From Octopus sinensis (Eukaryota), in the NCBI RefSeq assembly GCF_006345805.1, contig NC_042997.1, positions 141,112,001-141,176,000 of the forward strand: 64,000 bases of DNA, written 5' to 3'. Shown one piece after another: positions 53,661-64,000 of this stretch. How positions within the stretch are numbered: position 1 is the stretch's first letter; the number at the start of each line of letters is the position of its first letter. The notes beneath the pieces are model-generated. The model was not told where the DNA came from, did not search any database, and saw only the letters and a program-made list of their open reading frames with translations. Position numbers and translations under genes: made by a program.

Positions 53661-53992
53661 AGTATGCTAGTCCACTGGTTTAAATTGATGTTAATCAAAT
53701 TAACATCAATTTTTACCCTTATCATTTAAATATATATATATATATATATACGCTAGATTGACCACCTAACAGGCATTATAAAACCGAGCATTTCACAAAA
53801 ACCCACTAGAACCACCCAGCGAACTTCCACCATGGGTCATCACAATTGCTTAAGGTAAAAATGAATTCCTCGCTCTTTCGGAAACATCAATCTTCTGTAT
53901 TGACCGCTTTCCACCACTTTGATCTGTTTTTTGTATTGAATACGTATTGCCACCGTGGGCCACTGCATCGAACACTTTGAACATATACTTCA

Positions 53993-54062
53993 AACTATAT
54001 ATCAACTATACATGAACTATATATCAACTATACATGAACTATATATCAACTATACATGAACT
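53993..54062. repeat. 22-bp minisatellite x3 (AACTATATATCAACTATACATG)
   Basis: Directly visible. Confidence 0.92.
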
Positions 54063-54243
54063 CTAAGATGTCTGACTCCGCTGTGTATTATAAATGAATT
54101 TCTTGTGTTTGACGGCATGAGCCGTCTCTTTTTATATATAACTTTTTTTGATAAGGTTCATTTCAGGAACTGAAACATGTTATAATGTATATATAAAAAT
54201 TAAAAATTGTATAATACAGCAGCATTTTCGAACTTCATTTTTT

Positions 54244-54244
<1 letters not shown>

Positions 54245-54335
<91 letters not shown>

Positions 54336-54463
54336 CGTGTGTGTATGCGTGTATGTATATATATATATATATATGCATACACACACATACATACATACAC
54401 ACATACATACATACACACATACATACATACATACATACATACATACATACATACATACATACA

Positions 54464-54494
<31 letters not shown>

Positions 54495-54678
54495 GTATGA
54501 GCACCCGTGTGGTTTTATATTTTCATTTTTATGTGTACATATAATAAGACAATCAGTCTTAGAAATTAAAACCGTTCGCAGAAGTGTAAGAAGAATAATT
54601 TAAAATACCCATTGCAAAAGAAACCCTTGAAAGAAGTCTGTATGTATATGTGAACATGATTGTATATGCATGTGTGTG

Positions 54679-54728
<50 letters not shown>

Positions 54729-54790
54729 GAGAGACAGAGAGAGAGACAGAGAGACAGAGACAGAGAGACAGAGACAGAGAGAGAGAGAAC
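54245..54790. repeat. (TA)n/(TG)n/(TACA)n and (GA)n/(GAGACA)n microsatellites
   Basis: Directly visible. Confidence 0.95.
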
Positions 54791-55414
54791 GAAAGTAAGA
54801 AAGAAAGAAAGACAAGTACGGAGAGGCAGACAATGATAGATTAACAGATAGAGATAGCTGGATTTGATGGGTAGATAAACTGATAAATACGTGGAAATAC
54901 AACGAAAAGAAAAGAAGTAGAACATTGAAGAGAAAGGAAAATGAATAGCAGAATGAATAAGGAAGCAATTGTAGAAACTGAAGATAAATGACAGCAAAAA
55001 AGAAAACAAAATACCAGCAGTAAAGTAGAAGAAGCATGAAGCATGAAAAAAAAAAAAAATACAAAGGTAAAAAGAAGAAAAAGGAAAAGAAAATTATGGT
55101 TACAAATGCAAAGAGAGAAAAAAAGATCAAATGAACATACGGAAAGTTTGGAAAACAAAAGGTAAGAACAAACGTGTGAGAAATAAAAAAAGATAAAGGT
55201 AAAAGAGTATGAAAGATATTGAAAGAAATATTGATGGGAGAAAAAAAGTAGAAAGGTAGATGGAAATAACAACTTGTAGAAAAAAGATATGTTGTTTAAA
55301 AAGATGGTGGGGGTGGGTGGGGAGGAGAAAAGTGAATTTAGAATAGATTAAAGATTGAGAGTTAGGAAGAGAAAAATGTTATATATATATATGTGTGTGT
55401 GTGTATATGTATGA

Positions 55415-55526
<112 letters not shown>

Positions 55527-55567
55527 AGAGAGAGGCTATAGATAGATAGATAGATAGATAGATAGAC

Positions 55568-55598
<31 letters not shown>

Positions 55599-55899
55599 TA
55601 GGTGAGGGTGGATGGGTGGATAGATTGGACGGGAAAATAAGGAAAATGAATGATTCAAGTGAAAATAAAAAAAGGAAAGAAACAACAGAAAAAGCATTTA
55701 GATGAAAATAGGAAAAAGAAAAGTAAGGATAATGAAAAGAAATTTAATGTAATTTTCAGGCTTACCACGGAAGCAGTTGACACGTTAGATTTATGACTTT
55801 TGCAATGAAATAATTAATTAAACTGCTATTCATAGAGAAACTAGGCAACCGTACCATCAACCATCTTAAAATCTTTACCATTTATCCATTACCTTATTA

Positions 55900-55948
<49 letters not shown>

Positions 55949-57094
55949 GCTACTACTACTACTACTACCACTACCACCATCGCAATCACCATCATCACCA
56001 CCACCACCATCACCACTACTACTCTTACTGCTCCTCGCCACAGCGTCTCCAAAACATTACTTCTTATTTCTTATTACAGCCTGCTGATTTTGATGTAATA
56101 TATTTCATCAAAAGTAGTTAACTGTTAATTGTTAATTACTGTATCCAGAAGAAGGTTGACAGATAAAAAAGTAAAATTTGAAAAAGAAAACACTTTAAAA
56201 AAGAAGAGAAAAATATAATTAAAAAATAGAATAAAATCTAAAAAAAATACTCGTTTCATCATCAATTGAAGTAATCAGTGTTGAAATATTGAGCTCCTAA
56301 AGAAATCTGCAGGGGAGCTTGATTTAGATAGAACAGTGAAAATGAGCTATGTCAGTTGTTTGTATAAATGATATCTGCCCGTGTGTATAAGTGCATGTGA
56401 TTATGGAGCAAAATGAATAGGTGTGTATGTGGAAGGAGATATTTAAGTTGTTCTTTAGCCTCAGGTCAGCTCTGACAGTTCAGAGCTATTATTAAGTCGC
56501 TGTAATCGACTTAACTCCTATTGGGTAAGAGTATAAAAACAGCACGGTTCTCCCAAGCCATGTCGAGCCAGTGTGGCAGGGTATGCTCATCAAACCAATA
56601 TGATCTCAAGCTCAAATTCACATCAGACCGTAGTTGGTGGAGAGAAAATGCTAAGGTCTTCGGCCTGCGGTGGGTTAAACACAGGTAATCCAATCTAATC
56701 AACCGTCATCGATCTGTCATTCTCTTGAAGCATTGGTTATTAAGGAATACATTATCCAGTATAACCTCCCAATTTCAAGAAGCTCGGTTGTTATTTGTTG
56801 ATTATCTGGCTGCTATTTCCAGCAACCTGAACGACTTTGTAGTTTCACTCCTTGACTTGCTCATAAAAGTTAGTAAAGGTTAATGATATAGCGTCACACA
56901 AAATGCTTTTGTATATAGATTTCAAGAACCGCTGGTGTCAGCTTTGCCTTTCATCATTGAAAACAAAACAAAATCAATATTTGACCCTATGGAACATTAC
57001 TATTTATTTATGTTAATAGTACGTTGTGTGAACAAGAGGTAAGTCTCTGGTGAGATGAGGCTATTTCTTGATTTTGGTTCTTTTGCTCTATATC

Positions 57095-57300
57095 TGGTGA
57101 AGAGCTGGCCGAATCGCTAGAGTATCGGAGAAATACTTTACAGCTTTTCTTCCGGGTCTTTACGCTCTGAGTTCAAATCCCGCCGAAGTCAGCTTTGCCT
57201 TTCATCCTTTCAGGGTCGATAAAAGAAAGACAAGTCAAGCACTGGGATTGATGCAGTCACCTCACCTCCTCCCCCAAATTTCAGGTTTGTTCTTATATTA
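57095..57300 (+). mobile_element. SINE family A
   Basis: GAGCTGGCCGAATCGCTAG...GAGTTCAAATCCCGCCGAAGTCAGCTTTGCCTTTCATCC. Confidence 0.85.
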
Positions 57301-58856
57301 AAAACAAAAACAATAATCAACAATAATTAAGTCTAAATCTCGTCGTATTCTTTAAAAACGCATGCCTGATAAGATTTCTATTCTTTCTTTTCACTTAAAT
57401 ATAAAGGTATAATGTATATATGTGTGGAAAAAAATCGATTGAAGTGATATTTTTTTATGAATTCTGGAATCAGTAACCAAAATAGAATTTATAGTTTGGA
57501 AGATAAGCTGCGAAATGATTTTTTTCAATACAATGCCAAATTTACAAGGATTTTGTAGCCGATTATGAAATCAGAGTTTATTTATTTGTTATGCAACAGA
57601 CCAAGTTGTTAACATTGAGACATGCCTCTTTTGTCGAAGTATTAACGAAACCATGATTTTGTCTGCATGTATAACTAGCATGCATATTTTGAATATGTTT
57701 TTACAATATGTTGAAATCGTGATTATTTTCATATATGTTAGTCCAACAATTGTTTTCATGTCTGTATTATACTGACCATTGAATGAGTTCTTCACTCAGT
57801 TTCTTTTACCATTTTACAGAGAATCGCAGCCTTTTACATTTACCATAAATAAACGTTTTTCGTAACAGACCTTGTTCAAAGCGGTACAGTTCTCTTTTTC
57901 CTTATAGCGCACAAACATTACATAACATCTGTACGGTTTTTGAATAAGTTTCTCGACACAAGTTGTCACTTCTAATTCCACTGCTTACATTTTTAATTTT
58001 TACATATAGCATCGATAACTTTGGATATAAATGCAAGTTTATGTATTTCGGTTTAAAATTTTTAGGTTTTTACGTAAGTTTACCATCTATGTTTACAACA
58101 ATTTTGGAAAAAAATTCCCAACTCTGGTTGGTTGCTAACTTCCATTTATTATTTGAACTTTCGTGAGACTGGTTCTACACTCAAAGTTAATTAAAGATCG
58201 TTTTGCTGCAATACTATACATCATAGGAAGATATTGTCTCGAACTTATTTTTATGGATGCTCTGATCACACGTTACTCAAGCAAACCGGAACTTTATCGA
58301 TTGAGACACTAAATTTCTTTCCTATATGATTTATTTTGGATCTTCCTCATACTTCTGAATAAAGTTAAGGTATAGAAAACTGTAATATTCTGGTTTATCT
58401 TAAATTTTTAGACGTGTAACTGAAATGAAAAATCTTCTCGTAACATTATTGATCAGTTTTGATGGGGAAAATATCTTAGAGTCAGGCATACTAAATTATA
58501 TTTTTCTCTAAAATACGAAATTCATTTATTTAGATATAATGTGCATATTTGTAGGAATCATCATAATCATTGTAGTCATCGGCGTTGTCTCCCATTAGAT
58601 ATTACTGTTTCGAGTGCTTGGATTCTAAGGCCGTTACCTGGTTTCCGCAGTTAATAAGTGACTGAGATCACGGCATTCCTCATGAACAAGATGCTTAAAC
58701 GACTCTACCAATCTTTCAACTTATTCCATTAATTAAGCTTATAAATAGTAAGATGTAACATAGACACAAGCCCAGAAATTTGGATGAGGGAAACAATGTT
58801 ATCAAGTCAAGTACTTGAATGTTTAATGAATTAAGCTAGTAAATTATTATATGTAT

Positions 58857-59168
58857 GGAGGTGCAATGGCACAGTGGTTAGGGCGAAAAGATCTAATGCT
58901 CCACGAGGCTCCAGCAGAGGGTGGTGGCGAACCCTGCTGTACTCTTTAGCCACAACTTTCTCTCACTCTTTCTTCTTGTTTCTGTTGTACCTGTATTTCA
59001 AAGCGCTAGCTTTGTCATACTCTGAATCACGGCGATCTCCCCGAGAACTACATTAAGGGTACACGTGTCTTTTGAGTGCTCAGCCACTTACACGTTAATT
59101 TCACGAGCAGGCTGTTCCGTTGATCGGATCAACTGGAATCCTCGTTGTCGTAACCGATGGAGTGCCAC
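58857..59168 (+). mobile_element. SINE with family B head and a different 3' tail
   Basis: The head and GCTCCACGAGGCTCC body match family B. The tail CACGTTAATTTCACGAGCAGGCTGTTCCG...GGAGTGCC does not. Confidence 0.8.
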
Positions 59169-59321
59169 GAATTATAAGCAAAATTTAGAATTTGAGGAAA
59201 TGTAGTAACGACAAGAGTCAACAACAATTAGATTAGGTTAGATAAATTCGGTTGGCGGGAAGAGTGCTATAACTAATGTATCGGAACTTACTGTTTGATT
59301 GAGAGAAAGGAACAAAGAAAT

Positions 59322-59399
59322 GGCATATGACGTAGTGGTTAAGAGCGCGGGCTACTAATCCCAAGATTCCGAGTTCGATTCCAAGCAGTGACCTTAATG

Positions 59400-59444
<45 letters not shown>

Positions 59445-59605
59445 TAATAATAATAATAAAAACAACGAAAAATACCTTAGGAATGAGAACCCAGGTTCGA
59501 AATTTTCCCAATACACCTGATGAAGGCTGGAGGGCATATCAGCCGAAAAGTTGTGTTGACAACAAACAAGATGAGGACAAATATCGTCAAATGTAAATAA
59601 TGTAA
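59322..59605 (+). mobile_element. tRNA-headed SINE-like element with internal (TAA)n and a 3' minimal hammerhead
   Basis: A box TAGTGGTTAAG, B box GAGTTCGATTCC, then HHR ACAC-CTGATGA-A-GGCTG...CAGCC-GAAAAGTT-GTGT at 59513-59556. Confidence 0.75.
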
Positions 59606-60029
59606 AGAAATGGTTGTTGTCTTGTCGCTTGTGCTGTATACGATATTAAATATTTATGCTGTTAGTATTTGGTGAGGATCTCTCGTTCTTGTATTGCATG
59701 GAGGTGGTCTTCGAAATGCGATGTCATAAACTTGTCGGTACTCCGTGCTTTTGACAGAATCAATTCCAATGGCTTACGGTCTTCGTGTACTATCTTTTCA
59801 GTGAACTGGTTCATTGTTTATATTTGGTTCTTCTTCTAGATCTTTTAACAATGTTCCTTGGAGAGAAAACTGTATCAGTTCTTACGGCAAATGGGCTTAG
59901 CCAACTCTCCAATGGAGTTTCCTTATAGATAAATATTCAACATCTGTTGCATAGTGCAAGCCCAGAAATCTGGGTAATCGAAACAGTTAATTACTTCGTC
60001 CTTCAGTATTTGAACAGCACTTATTATAA

Positions 60030-60350
60030 AGAGCACAAGGAATATAAGGCAAAATTGATCTCGGCGAGATTCGAACTCAGAACGTAAATGTGATGTAACT
60101 GAACACTGCAAAACATTTTATTCGAAGCTCTAGCTACTCTTTCTAGCCAACACAATAGTCAGTGCGTCAATCTCATAATCCACCTAAGGCGGCGAACTGG
60201 CAGAAACGTTAGCACGCCGGGCGAAATGCGTAGCCGTATTTCGTCTGCCTTTACGTTCTGAGTTCAAATTCCGCCGAGGTCGACTTTGCCGTTCATCCTT
60301 TCGGGGTCGATAAAATAAAGTACCAGTTACGCACTGGGGTCGATGTAATC
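60030..60350. mobile_element. SINE family A copies (60030-60130 minus; 60186-60350 plus, well preserved)
   Basis: Family diagnostic motifs. Confidence 0.88.
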
Positions 60351-60424
60351 CATATATATGTAAGTATGTACATATATGTATGTATATATGCATATATTTA
60401 TTTATTATTTATATTATATATATA

Positions 60425-60461
<37 letters not shown>

Positions 60462-60462
<1 letters not shown>

Positions 60463-61335
60463 GAGGTCTGATCAATAAGTATCCGGTCGGTTGTCATAGT
60501 AGCGAAGCTAATGCACGTGGAGTGAAGACAGTTGACAAAGGTTGATGTAGAACTCTGCTGTGCATGCGCACTAAGTGTTAACGTTCTAACTCACTTCTGC
60601 TGTTTACAGCAGTGCTTGGAAGGAATGTGTGTAGCGTGTGATCGTTGCATTGACTATGACAGAGAAAGTTGTTATTGTGGTACTTGCTCAGAGGGTTACG
60701 CAAAGTTGCAGAAAGTGCATGGAGAGGAGTGTATGAACCGCTCTCTAATGTAAGAGTGGTTCAGACGTTTCCAAGATGGCCGAAAACAAGTCGATATTGA
60801 CGAACATTCTGAACTGAGAAAAACATCGTTGATGTGCGAGCCGCCGTGAGGGGGAATTGTCGAATCACCATCCGTGAGTTATCAGAGGATTTGCAGATGA
60901 GTTAAAGTTCAATTCAATCCATTATCACTGAAGATTTGGGTATGAGACACGTGTCTGCCAAGTTTGTGCCTAAACTGCTTTCAGCTGACCAAAAGGACAA
61001 TCGGGTTTCAGTTGCACAAGATCTCTTTGATTGTGTCGAGAACGATGAAAACTTTTTTCAAAACTTTGCATAGGCCTCTGTGCAGATATCACCAAGCTTT
61101 TGGCAAAATTTGATTCAGATTCTCTGCTCAGCTTTCTCTGTCATGGTCAATGCGACGATAACACGCTACACACGCTCTTTCCAAGCACTGCTGTAAGCGG
61201 AAGTGAGCTAGAACATTAAATCTTAGTGCGCATGCACAGCAAAGTTCAAGATGAATCCGTGCCAAGCGGTTTCACTCCGTGTGCTTTAGCTTCGTTACAA
61301 TGGCAGCAGTCTAGATACTTATTTATCAGACCACG
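60462..61335 (+). mobile_element. Mariner-derived non-autonomous element made of two inverted left ends
   Basis: TA|CGAGGTCTGATCAATAAGTATC ... GATACTTATTTATCAGACCACG|TA. Internal RITIRELSEDL...LGMRHVSAKFVPKLL. The right arm re-encodes the transposase N-terminus on minus (MTMTEKAEQRI*IKFCQKLG). Confidence 0.9.
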
Positions 61336-61359
61336 TATACATGTATATATATTTGTGTA

Positions 61360-61562
61360 TCATTGTGTGGGTGTTTGTTCTCTATCACCGCTTGACGACC
61401 GATGCTGGTTTGTTTACGTTCCCCTAACATAGCAGTTCGACAAAGGGATCCATACCTGACAAATTAAGTACTAGAGACGATTTGTTCGATTAGACCATTC
61501 AAGGCAGTGCCTTCAGCTTGGCCGCAGTCGAATGACTGAAAGATGTAAAAGATAAAAGATAA
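61360..61562 (+). mobile_element. SINE tail fragment
   Basis: GGCCGCAGTCGAATGACTGAAAGATGTAAAAGATAAAAGA. Confidence 0.75.
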
Positions 61563-61955
61563 ACGATATGTTTGAGATATACTCATTTTATTTTTAACCA
61601 GGTTTAACACAGAAAATAAACGACAAAGAAAAGCTGATGCATCGTTCGTTGTTTTGCTAAAGTGAAATAAATAAAATGAACTCGGATCAACTGTGAATCG
61701 AACCCAAACCAATTACTCAGTTCATAGAGTTGCTATCACTTCAATTACGCTCCCAATTTCCTTGGCAACGATATGAATACGTCACTAGTGTCCTGTGCTA
61801 TTACCCACTGAGAGTTTGCGCTAAACACATCAAGAAAAACAATTGATTATATTTATCGCCTCAGTGAATGACATAAATGCATATTTTTTATACGCTGTTG
61901 AAACATTTGTCGTTTGTATGAGTGGACATATGGTTGCATATAAATATTTATATAG

Positions 61956-61992
<37 letters not shown>

Positions 61993-62668
61993 AGTGTGAG
62001 TATGTGTGTGTCTGTATGTGTGTGGTCACATGTATTGACATATGAAATATGATCCAATATTTCGTGCTGAAAAGTAGGATTATGAGTGTTTTCTTTTTTG
62101 TTTTCGTAAGAGCTATTATCTGAAAATAATAGTCCGTCACGATTCGAGTCATTACGACTACCAAATTATGACAAATGAGAACTTTACTATGTATTGAATG
62201 TCACATTTAACACAATAACTATTGGTCAACTATTTTCACTTTAGCTAACGATATATGTAACCCTATACAATATCGCGTGTCTAGTGCGATATGCCCCAAC
62301 ACACACATAAAGATATAAAAATATACGCATACATCATACATGCATACGTACGTGTATATATGCATGCGTGTAAGTATTTGCTTTGACTTGGATATAAGTG
62401 ATGAAGCTACAAGCTTTTAACCACTTTTATACAAACACCTAAATATGCATATATTCACACATACACATAGCTACACACACTCGTGTATCCGTACATACAT
62501 ACTTGTACGCAGACACAAAAACACAAACATGTATGTATGTATGTATGTATGTATGGTTGATTACAATTGCATGAAGCCGAATGAAACTGTTATTAAATAA
62601 TACATGTAACCTCTACCGAACGTGCTGAGTGACATATTCATTCGTTTGTCTACTCACTCGTACATAAA

Positions 62669-63563
62669 CGAAGGGTACCCAAAAGAAACCGGAATTTTGC
62701 AATATTATTTTATTCACTTAGTTTTACGTGTTTACATTTTTATCGCCTTCAAAGTATTCTCCATTTGAACCGATGCATCAGTCCACGCGCGTTTTCCACT
62801 ATTTGAAGCAGTGCTGGGACATGCGAAGTGATGCCTTTTAACGCCTTCGTCGATTTTTTCTTCACCTCTTCCACATCTGCAAATTCCGTTGAACCAATTT
62901 TCGTCACCAGTGATGACCTTCGAAAAAAGGCTCCGATTAACTTCCAACTGTTCTTTCCGTTCACGACAGTCATGATTGCTTTTGATCTACCGTGCGCAAG
63001 CGATGCACAAATTATGATGCAGCTCTTTTCATTCGCAATTCATCGTTCAAAATTCGTTGGCAGGAGCTCCAGAACACACCAGTCATATCAACAAGTTCAT
63101 CAAATGTTCGGTGACGGCCCCGCCCAAGATCAGTTCATGAATTTTCATGATGTTTTCATTTGATCGGGAGCTCGACGACCGTCCTGAACGAGGTTGGTCT
63201 TCAAGCGACGAGTGACCATTCCTAAAGCGTAGAAACCACTCGTAAACCTGTGTGTTGCTCATGGCAGCGTTCTTGTAAGCTTTTTGAAGCATGACAACTG
63301 TTTCGGCCGCGGTTTTCCTCAGCAGAAAACAGAATTACACGGAAGTACGCTATTACTTCGTTTCAGCCATTGCATAAATCGATAAATGATAGGTACTCAT
63401 TGCAAAACAAAGACGCACAACGTGGCTGTACGACTTCACCTGACGATGCCAGTGGATAGACATACCTGAGAGTCGCATCAAGTGGATTCTAGCAGGGTAA
63501 GCCTGGGCTACAACGGATTTATCCCACAGAAACCGTTTCCGGTTACTTTTGGGTATTCGCTCG
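62669..63563 (-). mobile_element. Internally deleted mariner (irritans-like)
   Basis: TIRs CGAAGGGTACCCAAAAGAAACCGG / CCGGTTACTTTTGGGTATTCGCTCG. ORF pieces AMSNTQVYEWFLRFRNG and VITGDENWF, joined directly to FADVEEVKKKST; most of the catalytic domain is missing. Confidence 0.92.
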
Positions 63564-64000
63564 TATATATTTATGAGTAAAACTAAGCTGTGGAAGAGAT
63601 TTAATTTCTAGCCGAATTAATAGATCTGCTAATGACCTTTCATGAATGTATGGTCGTCGTATCTACAACGTCTCAAATCGCCAAAATTGAGGAGTAGGTA
63701 TCAAGAAGACTAATGATCCGGCGATAGTAGATACATTTGGCTACGAATTTCTTAAAACTAGCTTTATTTATAGAACTGGTAAATGAAACAATTATTTTGT
63801 TTTGTAGCATAATTTTTGGTATAAATTCAAATACAACCAGATATACAAAATGTTATCTGGTACATCTGGTACTGAAGTTGCTGCCTTACGAAAATCCTGT
63901 GTCTATGGACTTGTTTCTGCCATATTCCATGCAAATAACAAATGTTCAATTAATCCATTAATTTTCATCTTTTAGCCAAGTAGCCAAGTAGCCAAGCAAT

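Noticed and set aside
55760-55797. Terminal exon candidate after AATTTTCAG (LTTEAVDTLDL*)
   Set aside because: Too short, with no homology or partner exon.

Overview
This is 64 kb of AT-rich, microsatellite-saturated animal DNA. I recognise the SINE families as octopod (Octopus-like); that is recall, not a database hit. No host gene can be supported, so the window looks intergenic or deep-intronic. It holds more than 30 tRNA-type SINE copies, mariner/Tc1/maT remnants and MITEs, a Helitron-like element, decayed CR1-group LINEs, an R4/Dong-type fragment and Penelope-like elements (PLEs). Most ORF-track entries are microsatellite artefacts. The notable signal is a collection of type I hammerhead ribozyme (HHR) motifs: about 14 motifs from about 8 unrelated sequence families, all with palindromic stem III. 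(1) A 4-copy tandem array of a 470-bp structured non-coding unit with one intact HHR per unit (18293-20158), retrozyme-like. (2) A young 5'-truncated PLE with about 99% identical inverted terminal repeats, each with a canonical HHR, plus a GIY-YIG ORF (44815-47377). (3) An HHR whose C3-G8 tertiary pair appears swapped to G3-C8 (30175-30224). (4) A tRNA-headed SINE ending in a minimal HHR (59322-59605). All folds were done by eye, ribozyme activity is untested, and ends of decayed repeats are approximate.
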